Positions 19,888 to 30,194 are shown, counted from the stretch's first letter. The stretch: DNA of 32,000 nt from Longivirga aurantiaca (GCF_042660085.1 NZ_JBHSTI010000008.1:240001-272000), one strand, 5' to 3'. The notes: generated by a model not told the origin, from the sequence alone. Made by a program: numbers and translations.

Positions 19888-21633
19888 TCAGTCGGCGTCC
19901 TGCCAGCTGCGCCACAGCGCCGCGTAGGCGCCGTCGGCCGCGACGAGCTCGTCGTGGCTGCCCAGCTCGGTGATGCGACCGCCGTCGACCACCGCGATGC
20001 GGTCGGCGTCGTACGCCGTGTGCAGCCGGTGCGCGATCGCGATGACCGTACGGCCCTCGAGCACGGCGTCGAGCGAGCGCTCGAGGTGGCGAGCGGCGCG
20101 CGGGTCGAGCAGCGACGTCGCCTCGTCGAGGACGAGCGTGTGCGGGTCGGCCAGGATCAGCCGCGCGAGCGCGAGCTGCTGCGACTGCCCGGGTGCGAGA
20201 CCGTGCCCGCCGGTGCCGACACGGGTGCCGAGGCCGTCGGGGAGCTCGGCCACCCACGGCGTCGCGTCGACGGCGTCGAGCGCGGCGAGCAGCGCCTCGT
20301 CGTCGGCGTCGGGACGTGCCAGCAGGAGGTTGTCGCGCACGGTGCCCACGAACACGTGGTGCTCCTGGTTCACGAGCGCCACCTGGGTGCGCACCGCCTC
20401 GGCGGTCATCATCGACAGCGCGGCGCCGCCCATCTCCACCGTTCCGGTCCGCGGGGCGTAGATGCCTGCGAGCAGACGGCCGAGCGTGGACTTGCCTGCG
20501 CCCGAAGGCCCAACGAGCGCAAGGCGTTCGCCGGGTGCGACGTCGAGGTCGATGCCGTGCAGCACGTCGCGGCCGGCGCGGTAGCCGAAGCGCACGTCGT
20601 CGACGACGAGCCGGTCGTCGACGGGCGAGAGCGACGGGTCGGTCTCGGGGTCGGGCACCTCCTGCACGCCGACCAGGCGCGCGAGCGACGCCTGGCCCAC
20701 CTGCAGCTCGTCGTACCACATGAGAATCAGGTCGATCGGCTCGACGAGCATCTGCGTGAGCAGCAGGGCGGTGGTGAGCTGGCCGATCGAGATCGTGCCC
20801 TGCGACACGAGCCACCCGCCGTACGCCAGCACCCCGACGAGCGGGATGACGTACCCCGCCTCGATCACCGGGAACCAGCACGTGCGCAGCCAGAGCGTGT
20901 AGCGCTCCCAGGAGATCCAGCGCGCGATCCGCGCGTCGGTGATCGCGGTGCGCTGCGGCCCGAGGCGGTAGAGCTCGGTGGTCTGGCCGGCATCGACCGT
21001 CTCGGCGATCGACGCGCTGACGGAGGCGTACGTCGCCGACTCGGCGCGGTACGACTGAGGCGCCCGCTTGAAGTACCACCGCGACGACACCACGAGCAGC
21101 GGCACCGAGACCAGCCAGACCACCGCGAGCTGCGGGGCGGTGATGACGAGCGCGCCTCCCACGAACAGGCCGGTGATGCAGGCGATCACGATCTCGGGCA
21201 CGGCGTCGCGCACCGCGTGGTTGAGACGGTCGACGTCGGTCGTGGTGCGCGACACGAGATCGCCCGTGCCGGCCCGCTCGACCACGCCGGTGGGCAGATT
21301 CACGGCGCGCGCGAGGAAGTCCTCGCGCAGGTCGGCGAGCACCTCCTCGCCGAGGATCCCCGCGCGCAGCCGCGTGATGCGGGTGAACACGGTCTGGATC
21401 ACGAGCGCCACGAGGAAGACTCCCGCGGCGAGGTCGACGCGGGCGGTCGAGAGGTCGGTGGACAGGCCCTCGACGAGGCCGCCGAGCACGATCGGCCCGA
21501 CGAGCGCCGCACCCGCTGCCACCGTGTGCGCGGCGATCACGATCCCGAACGCGCGGCGGTGACGGCGGAACAGCGAGCGCACGTAGCGACGCAGGGTGGC
21601 CTCGCCCGCGATGGGCAGCGACGTGCCCGTCAT
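19888..21633 (-). CDS. ABC exporter, fused permease/ATPase subunit (canonical Walker A, degenerate signature)
   Basis: The real start is ATG at 21633 (MTGTSLPIAGEATLRRYV...); the longer track ORF to 23334 is an in-frame shadow over the upstream gene. Motifs: GPSGAGKST, LVNQ, LAPGQSQQ (degenerate LSGGQ), LVLDEATS, AIAHRL. Confidence 0.9.
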   Translation of the reverse strand: MTGTSLPIAGEATLRRYVRSLFRRHRRAFGIVIAAHTVAAGAALVGPIVLGGLVEGLSTDLSTARVDLAAGVFLVALVIQTVFTRITRLRAGILGEEVLADLREDFLARAVNLPTGVVERAGTGDLVSRTTTDVDRLNHAVRDAVPEIVIACITGLFVGGALVITAPQLAVVWLVSVPLLVVSSRWYFKRAPQSYRAESATYASVSASIAETVDAGQTTELYRLGPQRTAITDARIARWISWERYTLWLRTCWFPVIEAGYVIPLVGVLAYGGWLVSQGTISIGQLTTALLLTQMLVEPIDLILMWYDELQVGQASLARLVGVQEVPDPETDPSLSPVDDRLVVDDVRFGYRAGRDVLHGIDLDVAPGERLALVGPSGAGKSTLGRLLAGIYAPRTGTVEMGGAALSMMTAEAVRTQVALVNQEHHVFVGTVRDNLLLARPDADDEALLAALDAVDATPWVAELPDGLGTRVGTGGHGLAPGQSQQLALARLILADPHTLVLDEATSLLDPRAARHLERSLDAVLEGRTVIAIAHRLHTAYDADRIAVVDGGRITELGSHDELVAADGAYAALWRSWQDAD

Positions 21634-21665
21634 GGTGCTCGCGGCGACGGCGTCCTCGGGCGGCC

Positions 21666-23405
21666 TCACGGCGCGGTCACCTCCTCGCGCGTGACGACTG
21701 CGCGGTAGCGCGGATCGCTGTGCAGCAGCTCGCGGTGCCTGCCCTCGGCGACGACCTCGCCGTCGAGCACGAGCACCACGTGCTCGGCGATGTCGAGGAC
21801 GAGCGGCGACGACGTGAGCACGACGGTCGTGCGCCCCGCGCGCACCTCGCGCAGCGCCACGGCGATCCGCGCCTCGGTGTGCGCATCGACCGCGCTCGTC
21901 GGCTCGTCGAGGACCAGCACCGGGGGGTCGACGACGAGCGAGCGGGCGAGCGCGAGCCGCTGCCGCTGGCCGCCGGACAGCGACCGCCCGCGCTCGGTCA
22001 CCCGCGCCTGCATCGGGTCGGACACCTCGGGGCTCGAGTCGACGAGCGCGTCGAGCACGTCGTAGGCCGACGCCGCCTCCACCGCCTGCTGCACGCCGAC
22101 GCGGCCCGAGCGGGGCAGATCGAGGAGCTGCGCGAGCGTGCCCGACATCAGCACCGGGTCCTTGTCCTGGGTCACGACGGCGGCGCGGATGTCGGCACGC
22201 GCGAGCTCGCCGAGCGGCACGCCGTCGAGGGTCACGGCGTCGGCGCCCTCGCCGAGGCCCGCGAGCCGCAGCGCGATCGAGTCGGCCACCGACTGCTCGG
22301 CGCAGACCACCGCCGTGAGCAGGCCCGGCTGCACGGTCAGCCCGGATGCCGGGTCGTGCAGCACCGCGGCGGCTGCGCGCGCAGCCGGCATCGGGAGGCC
22401 CGTCTCGTCCGGCACGGGGATGCGCAGCAGGTGCACGACGCGCCCCGCGCCGACGTACGCCGAGGTCCAGCGGTGGGCGGCCTCGACGAAGGTCCGAAGC
22501 GGGATGAGCAGGAACGCCGACCATCCGTAGAACGCGACGAGCTCGCCGATCTCGAGCGTGCCCGACACCACGAGGCGGGCGGAGAGCCACGTGACAGCGA
22601 CGACGAAGAAGCCGGGCAGCGCGACCTGCAGAGCGTCCATGGTCGAGCGCACGCGGGCCACCTGCACGGCCGAGGTGCGCACCTCCTGGGACGCCTCGTG
22701 GAACCGGCGTACGAACAGCTCCTCGCCACCGATGCCGCGCAGCACGCGCAGCCCTGCCACGGTGTCGGACGCGAGCTCGGTGGCCAGGCCGAACTTCTCG
22801 CGGCGGTCGGACTCCCGCCTCTCGAGCGGCTTCAGGAGCGGCGCCACCGACAGGCCGAGGATCGGCACACCGATCACCACGACGAGGCCGAGCGCGGGGG
22901 ACGACCGGAACAGCACGATGGCCACGCCGACGAACGCGACGACGGCGCCGGCGAATCGTGCGAACACGTCGAAGCCGCTGCCGATCTTCTCGACGTCGGA
23001 CGACGTGACCGCCACGACCTCGCCGGTCGCGACGTCGCGCGTGATGCGCGAGCCGAGCCGCGCGGTGTGCCGCACGACCAGCTGCTGCACGCGGCTGGCG
23101 GCTGCGATCCAGTTGGTCACGGCCATCCGATGGCGCAGGATCCCCGCCGCAGCCTGAACCGCCCCGAGCAGCGCGAGCGCGGCGGCGGCCCGCAGCACGT
23201 CGGACTGCCGCCCCTCGGACGCCGCCTGCACGCCGGCGCCGAGGGCCGCGGGCACGACGGCCTGCGCGGCGAACCAGGTGACGGCCCACACGACGCCGAG
23301 CGCGAGCGTGCGCCACTGCCCCCGCGCGGTCCACAGGAGGTACCTGGTGGCCGAGCGCAGGTCCGGGATCCCGGGGTCGGGGTGGGGCAGGCGTCGCATC
23401 GACAT
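21666..23405 (-). CDS. ABC exporter, fused permease/ATPase subunit (degenerate Walker A and H-loop, canonical signature)
   Basis: 579 aa with six TM-like segments. NBD motifs: [12 protein letters not shown] in place of GxxGx[27 protein letters not shown], and VLTSSP in place of the H-loop. Confidence 0.9.
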   Translation of the reverse strand: MSMRRLPHPDPGIPDLRSATRYLLWTARGQWRTLALGVVWAVTWFAAQAVVPAALGAGVQAASEGRQSDVLRAAAALALLGAVQAAAGILRHRMAVTNWIAAASRVQQLVVRHTARLGSRITRDVATGEVVAVTSSDVEKIGSGFDVFARFAGAVVAFVGVAIVLFRSSPALGLVVVIGVPILGLSVAPLLKPLERRESDRREKFGLATELASDTVAGLRVLRGIGGEELFVRRFHEASQEVRTSAVQVARVRSTMDALQVALPGFFVVAVTWLSARLVVSGTLEIGELVAFYGWSAFLLIPLRTFVEAAHRWTSAYVGAGRVVHLLRIPVPDETGLPMPAARAAAAVLHDPASGLTVQPGLLTAVVCAEQSVADSIALRLAGLGEGADAVTLDGVPLGELARADIRAAVVTQDKDPVLMSGTLAQLLDLPRSGRVGVQQAVEAASAYDVLDALVDSSPEVSDPMQARVTERGRSLSGGQRQRLALARSLVVDPPVLVLDEPTSAVDAHTEARIAVALREVRAGRTTVVLTSSPLVLDIAEHVVLVLDGEVVAEGRHRELLHSDPRYRAVVTREEVTAP

Positions 23406-23555
23406 GGCCCAGCGAGACTAGGCCCGTCCGGGTGCCGAGGTCGCCGAGGTTTGCCCCACGCGGACGTGATCTTGGCTAGCGTCTGTCCCGCCGGTGATGC
23501 TCCGGCTCCCGGCCGCAGGCCGGCCGACGACTTCCCAGGGACACGGAGACTTGCG

Positions 23556-24074
23556 ATGAGCGACCCCAACCAGCCGGCCGAGGGCGACCCGTTCGCCCCG
23601 CCGCCCGAAGGCGCCGCTGCCCAGGTGCCCGGCATCCCGAACGACCCGCCGGCGTACGGCACTCCGGCCACGCCGCCGCCTCCGCCGCCCCCGCCGCTTC
23701 CGGTCTATGGGTCGACTCCGCCATTGACGGGATACAACTCGCCCGCATCGCAGCCGTACCCCCCGGCGGCCGGCTACGGGGTCCCCAAGTCCTCGGGCAA
23801 GGCCGTCGCCGTCATGGTGCTCGGCATCGTGGGTCTGGTACTGCTTTGTGGGTACGGAATCGGCATCGTGCCGGCGATCGTTTCGCTCGCCCTGGCACCC
23901 GGTGCCAAGCGTGAGATCGCAGCCTCCGGAGGTGCTCTCACGGGTGAGGGAATGGTGAAGGCCGGGGTTGTCTGCTCCTGGATCGCAGTTGGCCTCAGCA
24001 TCGCCATCATCGGATTCATCATCATCGCCTTTGCGATCGGCGCCGCTGGTTCTGCAGCATCGGTCGGCGGCTGA
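23556..24074 (+). CDS. Pro-rich N-terminus plus DUF4190-like two-TM membrane protein
   Basis: ATG at 23556 after [24 protein letters not shown]...[11 protein letters not shown]..., then [40 protein letters not shown]...[23 protein letters not shown]. Confidence 0.75.
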   Translation: MSDPNQPAEGDPFAPPPEGAAAQVPGIPNDPPAYGTPATPPPPPPPPLPVYGSTPPLTGYNSPASQPYPPAAGYGVPKSSGKAVAVMVLGIVGLVLLCGYGIGIVPAIVSLALAPGAKREIAASGGALTGEGMVKAGVVCSWIAVGLSIAIIGFIIIAFAIGAAGSAASVGG

Positions 24075-24166
24075 CGCCGGCAGCACAGGCGCGGTTCGGG
24101 CGGGCGGCCGCCCCCGACTACGATCGGGGGCACCGCCCGCTCCGTCGTCCGAAGGGCCCCATCCCG

Positions 24167-25741
<1,575 letters not shown>

Positions 25742-25806
25742 GCCACCAGCGACGACCTGGCACGGCAGTCTGAGATCCCGCCCGCCCAGTAAGGAGATCG
25801 CCGACC

Positions 25807-26223
25807 ATGACGGCAGAGCCCAACCAGCCCAGCTATCCCGGTGCTTCGGTCAAGGGACCCGCGGAGAGGTTCGCGGGCGACGCCTGGTTCGACGTGATCG
25901 TCAGGGCTGAGGGACCCTCCAGGCTGCGTTTGATGTCGGTGCACTTCGCTCCTGGCGCCCGTACGGCCTGGCACTCCCACGCCGTGGGCCAGACCCTGTA
26001 CGTCACCGAGGGCGTGGCTCTGACGCAGGAGCGGGGCGGCGAGGTCGTCACCGTCCACCCCGGGCAGGCCGTCACCTGTGGTCCGGGCGTCGAGCACTGG
26101 CACGGCGCGCATCCTGATCACCTCATGACGCACCTGTCGATCTGGGAGGCGCCGGAACCTGGCTCGGACGTCGCGGAGAGCACGTGGCTCGAGCACGTCG
26201 CTGACGACGGAGCCGGTCGCTGA
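25807..26223 (+). CDS. small cupin-domain protein (GtHNL / 'mandelonitrile lyase'-like Mn-cupin family)
   Basis: 138 aa: ...VHFAPGARTAWHSHAVGQTLYVTEG...HPGQAV...GVEHWHGAHPDHLMTHLSI. AAGGAG lies 10 nt upstream. Confidence 0.84.
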   Translation: MTAEPNQPSYPGASVKGPAERFAGDAWFDVIVRAEGPSRLRLMSVHFAPGARTAWHSHAVGQTLYVTEGVALTQERGGEVVTVHPGQAVTCGPGVEHWHGAHPDHLMTHLSIWEAPEPGSDVAESTWLEHVADDGAGR

Positions 26224-26326
26224 CGGTCGCGGCCCCAGCCGGCCCGAGGCATCAGGGCGCGTGACGGCAGCGCCGACGGGGCGCGTCGCACGAGCCTCTC
26301 GATCATCACGCTGCGTCGACCATCCT

Positions 26327-26613
26327 CTACGTCGGCTCGACGCTGCGTGGCTGCGCGCCCGCGCATCGCTGCGCGAGCTCGGTGACGTACGCCGGGTTGG
26401 CACCCCTCACGGCCTCAGTCGCCATCGCCCCGTCCTCGGCCCGACGTCGGGCAGGTCGGTCAGGGTCCCGTGCTCGATGCGCGACGCCGACCGGGCGGGC
26501 CCGACGGCGTCGAGCGCCGCAGAAGCCTTGCGGTAGCCCTGTACGCGCCAGGTGTCGGCCCGCTCGCGTTCGAGCAGGAGTGCGACGCGTCCTCGCGCCT
26601 CGACGAGGTCCAC
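26327..26613 (-). pseudogene. frameshifted N-terminal stump of a PHP-domain (PolX-like) protein
   Basis: Track ORF 26407..26613 (VDLVEARGRVALLLERERADTWRVQGYRKASAALDAV...RIEHGTLTDLPDVGPRT) resembles the HhH N-terminus of actinobacterial PHP/PolX-like proteins. The match continues after a frameshift in ORF 26327..26659 (...ATEAVRGANPAYVTELAQR) and then stops. No PHP domain follows. Confidence 0.5.
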
Positions 26614-26747
26614 CCCGCGACGGCACGACGACTGCAGGGGTGGTTGACGGCCCGAGCACCGCGACCCGTCTGATTTACGTTGGCGAGCAGCCTAATGTGT
26701 CGTGACGCCACCTGTTATTCTGCTTGAAGTCAACATAAGGAGTGTCG

Positions 26748-28232
26748 ATGACCTCTGGGAGAGCCCCCCGCGCCGGCTCCGGGGAACCCCTACCGCGGGA
26801 CTACAGCCTTACCGGTGAGCGGGCGCAGCAGGCCGTCAGCCTGGGACTGGCCGACGCAGAGTGGTACCGGCCGCCGATCGACCCGGCTCGGCTCCGGGAA
26901 CTCATGACGCGTCGCAACGGACCTGCGATTCGAGACACGACGCTGTGGCTTCTGCTGCTGGTCGGGGCTGGGTTCCTGGCGTTTGGCGCGCTCGGCAGCT
27001 GGTGGGCGATTCCGGCCTTCGCGGCCTACGGCGCCCTCTACGGGGGAGCGGCCGACCCCAGGTGGCACGAGAACGGCCATGGCACCGCGTTCAAGACGCG
27101 CTGGCCGAACGACGTCGTCTACCTCGTGGCCTCGTTCATGCTGTTGCGCGAGCCCACGCTGTGGCGGTGGTCCCACGTGCGTCACCACTCCGACACCATC
27201 ATCGTCGGGCGCGACCCCGAGATCAGCTTCCCCCGGCCGTTCCGGTTTCGCAGCGTCCTGCCGAACTACCTGAACCTGATCAGCGGCCCGCACATGCTCC
27301 TGCGCATGGCGCAGCACGCTGCTGGGAAGATCGATGAGGACACCCGCGAGTTCGTGCCCGAGGCAGAGTTCCCGAGGGTGATCCGAGAGGCCCGCGCCTT
27401 CGTCCTCATCCTCGGGGCGGTCGTCGTGTGGTGCGTGGTCGCCGGGTCCATCGTGCCGCTCCTCTTCATCGGCCTGCCCTCGTTCTACGGCGTGTGGATG
27501 GTGTGGTTCTTCGCGATCACCCAGCACGCGGGCTTGAACGAGGACGTCCTCGACCACAGGTACAGCACCCGCACCGTCTACATGAACCCGGTGTTCCGCT
27601 TCCTGTACCTGAACATGAACTACCACCTGGAGCACCACCTCTTCCCCTCGGTGCCCTACCACGCTCTGCCGAAGCTGCATGAAGAGGTGAAGCAGTACCT
27701 GCCTGCGCCAAAGGCGTCGGTCCTCGACGCCTACAAGGAGATCGTCCACGCGCTACGCATGCAACGACGGAACCCCGACTGGGAGATCCCCGGGCGTGAG
27801 GTGCCCGACAGCGCCGCCTTCCGCCTCACGGCTACGAAGATCCCAGCCAGCAGCTTGGCGACCAGCATGGCCGTCGCGGCGGGTCTCGAGGAGCGCACCG
27901 ATCTCGGTCCCCTGGACCTCGTCCAGCCCGGCCAGGTCAAGCGGATCGACGTAGGCGGTCACACGTACGCCCTGTTCCGCACGCGTCGGGACATCTACGC
28001 ACTCAGCGACGGCCTCTGCACGCACGGTCAGACGCACCTTGCCGAGGGCCATCTCGACGACTGCGTGATCGAGTGTCCCAAGCACAACGGACGTTTCAAC
28101 GTGCTGACCGGGGAGCCGGTGCGACGACCGGCGCGGGTCCCGCTGGTCACGTACGCCGTAGAGATCGTCGACGGCCGGCTGCTGGTCGCGCTGGGCGACA
28201 ACCCGGACGTCACGAGCGACGCCGGCACGTGA
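26748..28232 (+). CDS. membrane fatty-acid-desaturase-family di-iron oxygenase fused to a C-terminal Rieske [2Fe-2S] ferredoxin domain (MocD-MocE-like fusion)
   Basis: His boxes are HENGH (27066-27080), HVRHH (27174-27188) and HLEHH (27624-27638), with TM segments between them. The C-terminal Rieske motif is CTH-x16-CPKH (Cys codons at 28017 and 28074). AAGGAG (26737-26742) favours ATG at 26748; the track ORF starts at GTG 26742. Confidence 0.88.
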   Translation: MTSGRAPRAGSGEPLPRDYSLTGERAQQAVSLGLADAEWYRPPIDPARLRELMTRRNGPAIRDTTLWLLLLVGAGFLAFGALGSWWAIPAFAAYGALYGGAADPRWHENGHGTAFKTRWPNDVVYLVASFMLLREPTLWRWSHVRHHSDTIIVGRDPEISFPRPFRFRSVLPNYLNLISGPHMLLRMAQHAAGKIDEDTREFVPEAEFPRVIREARAFVLILGAVVVWCVVAGSIVPLLFIGLPSFYGVWMVWFFAITQHAGLNEDVLDHRYSTRTVYMNPVFRFLYLNMNYHLEHHLFPSVPYHALPKLHEEVKQYLPAPKASVLDAYKEIVHALRMQRRNPDWEIPGREVPDSAAFRLTATKIPASSLATSMAVAAGLEERTDLGPLDLVQPGQVKRIDVGGHTYALFRTRRDIYALSDGLCTHGQTHLAEGHLDDCVIECPKHNGRFNVLTGEPVRRPARVPLVTYAVEIVDGRLLVALGDNPDVTSDAGT

Positions 28233-28241
28233 GGCGCTGAC

Positions 28242-29249
28242 ATGGCCCTGCATCCCCAAGCCGCAGCGCTGCTGGAGTCGATGGCTCAGGCCGGGCGTCC
28301 ACCTCTACGGCAGCAGACAGTCGCGGAGGCGCGTCGCGGGGCGTACGCCTTCGTCGAGCTGTTCGGTCCGCCGGAGGACGTGGCGCGTGTGGAGCACTGG
28401 TTCATCCCGGGACCTAGCGCGGACCTCCCGCTGCGCGTCTACTGGCCAGACTCTGCGGTCGGCGAAGCTGCGCCCGTCCTCGTCTACTTCCACGGCAGCG
28501 GCTTCGTCATCAGCAACATCGGCATCTTCGATGCGCCCAGCCGAGCCTTGGCCAATCGGACCGGCTGCGTCGTCGTGGCGGTCAACTACCAGAAGGCGCC
28601 AGAGCACAAGTTCCCCGAGCCGTTCGATGACGCCTACGCAGCCACCTGCTGGGTGTCTGAGCACGCCGCCGAGCTCGGTGTCGACCCGGCGCGGCTGGCT
28701 GTCGTCGGTGACAGCGCCGGCGGGACGTTGGCCGCGGCAGTCTGCCTCAAGGCCCGCGACGAGGCGGGGCCAGGGATAACCAGCCAGGTTCTGGTCCACG
28801 CCCCGATGCAGTTCGGCGTGGAGACGGAGTCGATGATCGCCAACGCGAGAGGGCTGCTGCTCGAGGCCGAGGACATGACCTGGTTCGCAGACCACTACCT
28901 CGCTACGGAGTCCGACGCCACTCATCCCTACGCCGCGCCCATGTCGGCCGAGAGCCTGGCGGGGCTGCCTCCCGCGCTGGTGGCGACCGCCGAGTACGAC
29001 CCCTTGCGCGACGATGGTGACGCGTATGCGCATCGGCTTCGCCGCGACGGGGTACCGGTCACCTACGTCTGCTACACCGGCATGATCCATGCCTTCTACG
29101 GGATGAGCCGTCGGCTTGACGCCGCGGAGGACCTCTTCGAGCGGATGTCCGCGCACGTGTGGAGCCACTTCCCCACCGCGGAGTCCAACCGCACCGGACA
29201 GGCGGCTACAGACGTGAAAGGGCATCTATCCGATGAAGTTGAGCGCTGA
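28242..29249 (+). CDS. alpha/beta hydrolase, hormone-sensitive-lipase (family IV) type esterase/lipase
   Basis: 335 aa with the HGSG oxyanion motif, the GDSAGG nucleophile elbow, DPLRDDG and a catalytic His in GMIHAF. It starts 9 nt after the upstream stop. Confidence 0.88.
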   Translation: MALHPQAAALLESMAQAGRPPLRQQTVAEARRGAYAFVELFGPPEDVARVEHWFIPGPSADLPLRVYWPDSAVGEAAPVLVYFHGSGFVISNIGIFDAPSRALANRTGCVVVAVNYQKAPEHKFPEPFDDAYAATCWVSEHAAELGVDPARLAVVGDSAGGTLAAAVCLKARDEAGPGITSQVLVHAPMQFGVETESMIANARGLLLEAEDMTWFADHYLATESDATHPYAAPMSAESLAGLPPALVATAEYDPLRDDGDAYAHRLRRDGVPVTYVCYTGMIHAFYGMSRRLDAAEDLFERMSAHVWSHFPTAESNRTGQAATDVKGHLSDEVER

Positions 29250-29427
29250 CTACGACGAGTGCGAGGCCTACGGCATGTGTGTGATTGCCGCCGCAGACCT
29301 CTTCAGGCTCAACGAGGAGAACTTCGTCGAGATCCTCGACGAGACACCCAGCGAGGACCGCCGCGCCGCGGCTGAGGAGGCAGTGCGGAACTGCCCCATG
29401 CAGGTGCTCTCGCTCACCGTGGACTAG
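29233..29427 (+). CDS. small single-cluster ferredoxin ([3Fe-4S]/[4Fe-4S] type)
   Basis: 64 aa: MKLSADYDECEAYGMCVIAAADLF...AVRNCPMQVL, i.e. C-x2-Y-x2-C ... CP cluster ligands. It overlaps the esterase 3' end by 17 nt. Confidence 0.8.
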   Translation: MKLSADYDECEAYGMCVIAAADLFRLNEENFVEILDETPSEDRRAAAEEAVRNCPMQVLSLTVD

Positions 29428-29738
29428 GAGCCTCACGCCGGACCTCTGACGGCGTGGCCGGTCCAGTCAGCAGTACGAGGACCGAATCGATGGCGCGGAC
29501 GGGGCGTCGGTGAGTGAGGCGCGTCGCTCCGGATCCCCCGGTCGGCAACGGGCCGTTCCACGTTCGCCTGCGGTCGGTCCAAGATCCGTCGACACGGCGT
29601 TGGCCGCGCCGGATGTGCTGGCAGGTGTAGGGCTGGTGCCGGAGGTGCCGCCGGCCCGGGAGAAGGGCCATAGAACCGGACAAGCGTCGTTCTCGGGTCG
29701 GCAGCCCTCCCTTCCTTTCGCTCCCCGACGGAGGACGC

Positions 29739-30194
29739 CTACTCGGTGGCCGACCAGGGGTCGTTGGGAGTCGTGGTAGCTACGTAGCCGAAGTCGCCGT
29801 CGGGCGGGCCCGAGTGGCGCAGGCGCAGGCGCTGGGAGGTCAGCGGCAGGTAGCGGTGCTCGGCGCCTCGGTTGACCATGACGTCTCCGGCTTCGGCCAC
29901 GACCGCGATCACGCCGTCCGGCGTCGCGAACTCGAACCGGCCTGTGCCGGACAGGAAGGTGTGCACCTCGTCGACAGCGTTGGTGTGCCATGCGCAGTGC
30001 GCCTGGTGCTCCTCGCCAACCGCCGGCGGCTCCGCGTCGAACGTGCCGCGCAGCTGCCGCTCGCCTTCGGCAAGGAAGGTGTCGATCAGAGCGCGTTCGG
30101 CGTCCGATCCCTCGTCACCGACGGTGTGCCACTCGACCCTGGCGCCTGCCAAGCGCTGTACGGCGGTGGCCGTGTCCAGTCCGATGTACCTCAC
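29739..30194 (-). CDS. cupin protein with an acireductone-dioxygenase (ARD)-like motif
   Basis: This is the 3' end of track ORF 29739..31232. GTG at 30194 is preceded by GGAGGG at about 7 nt. ...AWHTNAVDEVHTFLSGTGRFEF...GDVMVNRGAEHRY aligns by eye with ARD EHTHGEDEVRFFVEGAGLF...H. The rest of the track ORF is the antisense shadow of the esterase gene. Confidence 0.65.
   Translation of the reverse strand: MRYIGLDTATAVQRLAGARVEWHTVGDEGSDAERALIDTFLAEGERQLRGTFDAEPPAVGEEHQAHCAWHTNAVDEVHTFLSGTGRFEFATPDGVIAVVAEAGDVMVNRGAEHRYLPLTSQRLRLRHSGPPDGDFGYVATTTPNDPWSATE

Noticed and set aside
21634-23334. N-terminal extension of ORF 19888..23334 (1148 aa) and plus-strand ORF 21720..24074
   Set aside because: The extension is out of frame with, and overlaps, the upstream ABC subunit. 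The true start of the downstream subunit is ATG 21633. The plus-strand ORF is real only from ATG 23556 (the DUF4190-like protein).
24111-24130. Hairpin CCCCCGA-CTACGA-TCGGGGG with an embedded TACGAT -10-like hexamer upstream of guaA
   Set aside because: The stem is only 7 bp with no U-tract and no convincing -35. It could be a weak terminator of the DUF4190 gene or just chance.
26671-26698. Promoter-like hexamers (TTTACG / TAATGT, and TTGACG at 26644) upstream of the oxygenase fusion gene
   Set aside because: The spacings I counted (13 nt, or more than 40 nt) do not fit a sigma-70-type promoter, so no confident call is possible.
29428-29738. 311-bp gap between the convergent ferredoxin and cupin genes; I checked it for a missing reductase or a gene relic
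   Set aside because: I translated the frames by eye and found only short Arg/Gly/Pro-rich peptides with frequent stops and no recognisable motif. Only a weak 5-bp hairpin is present. I leave it unannotated.
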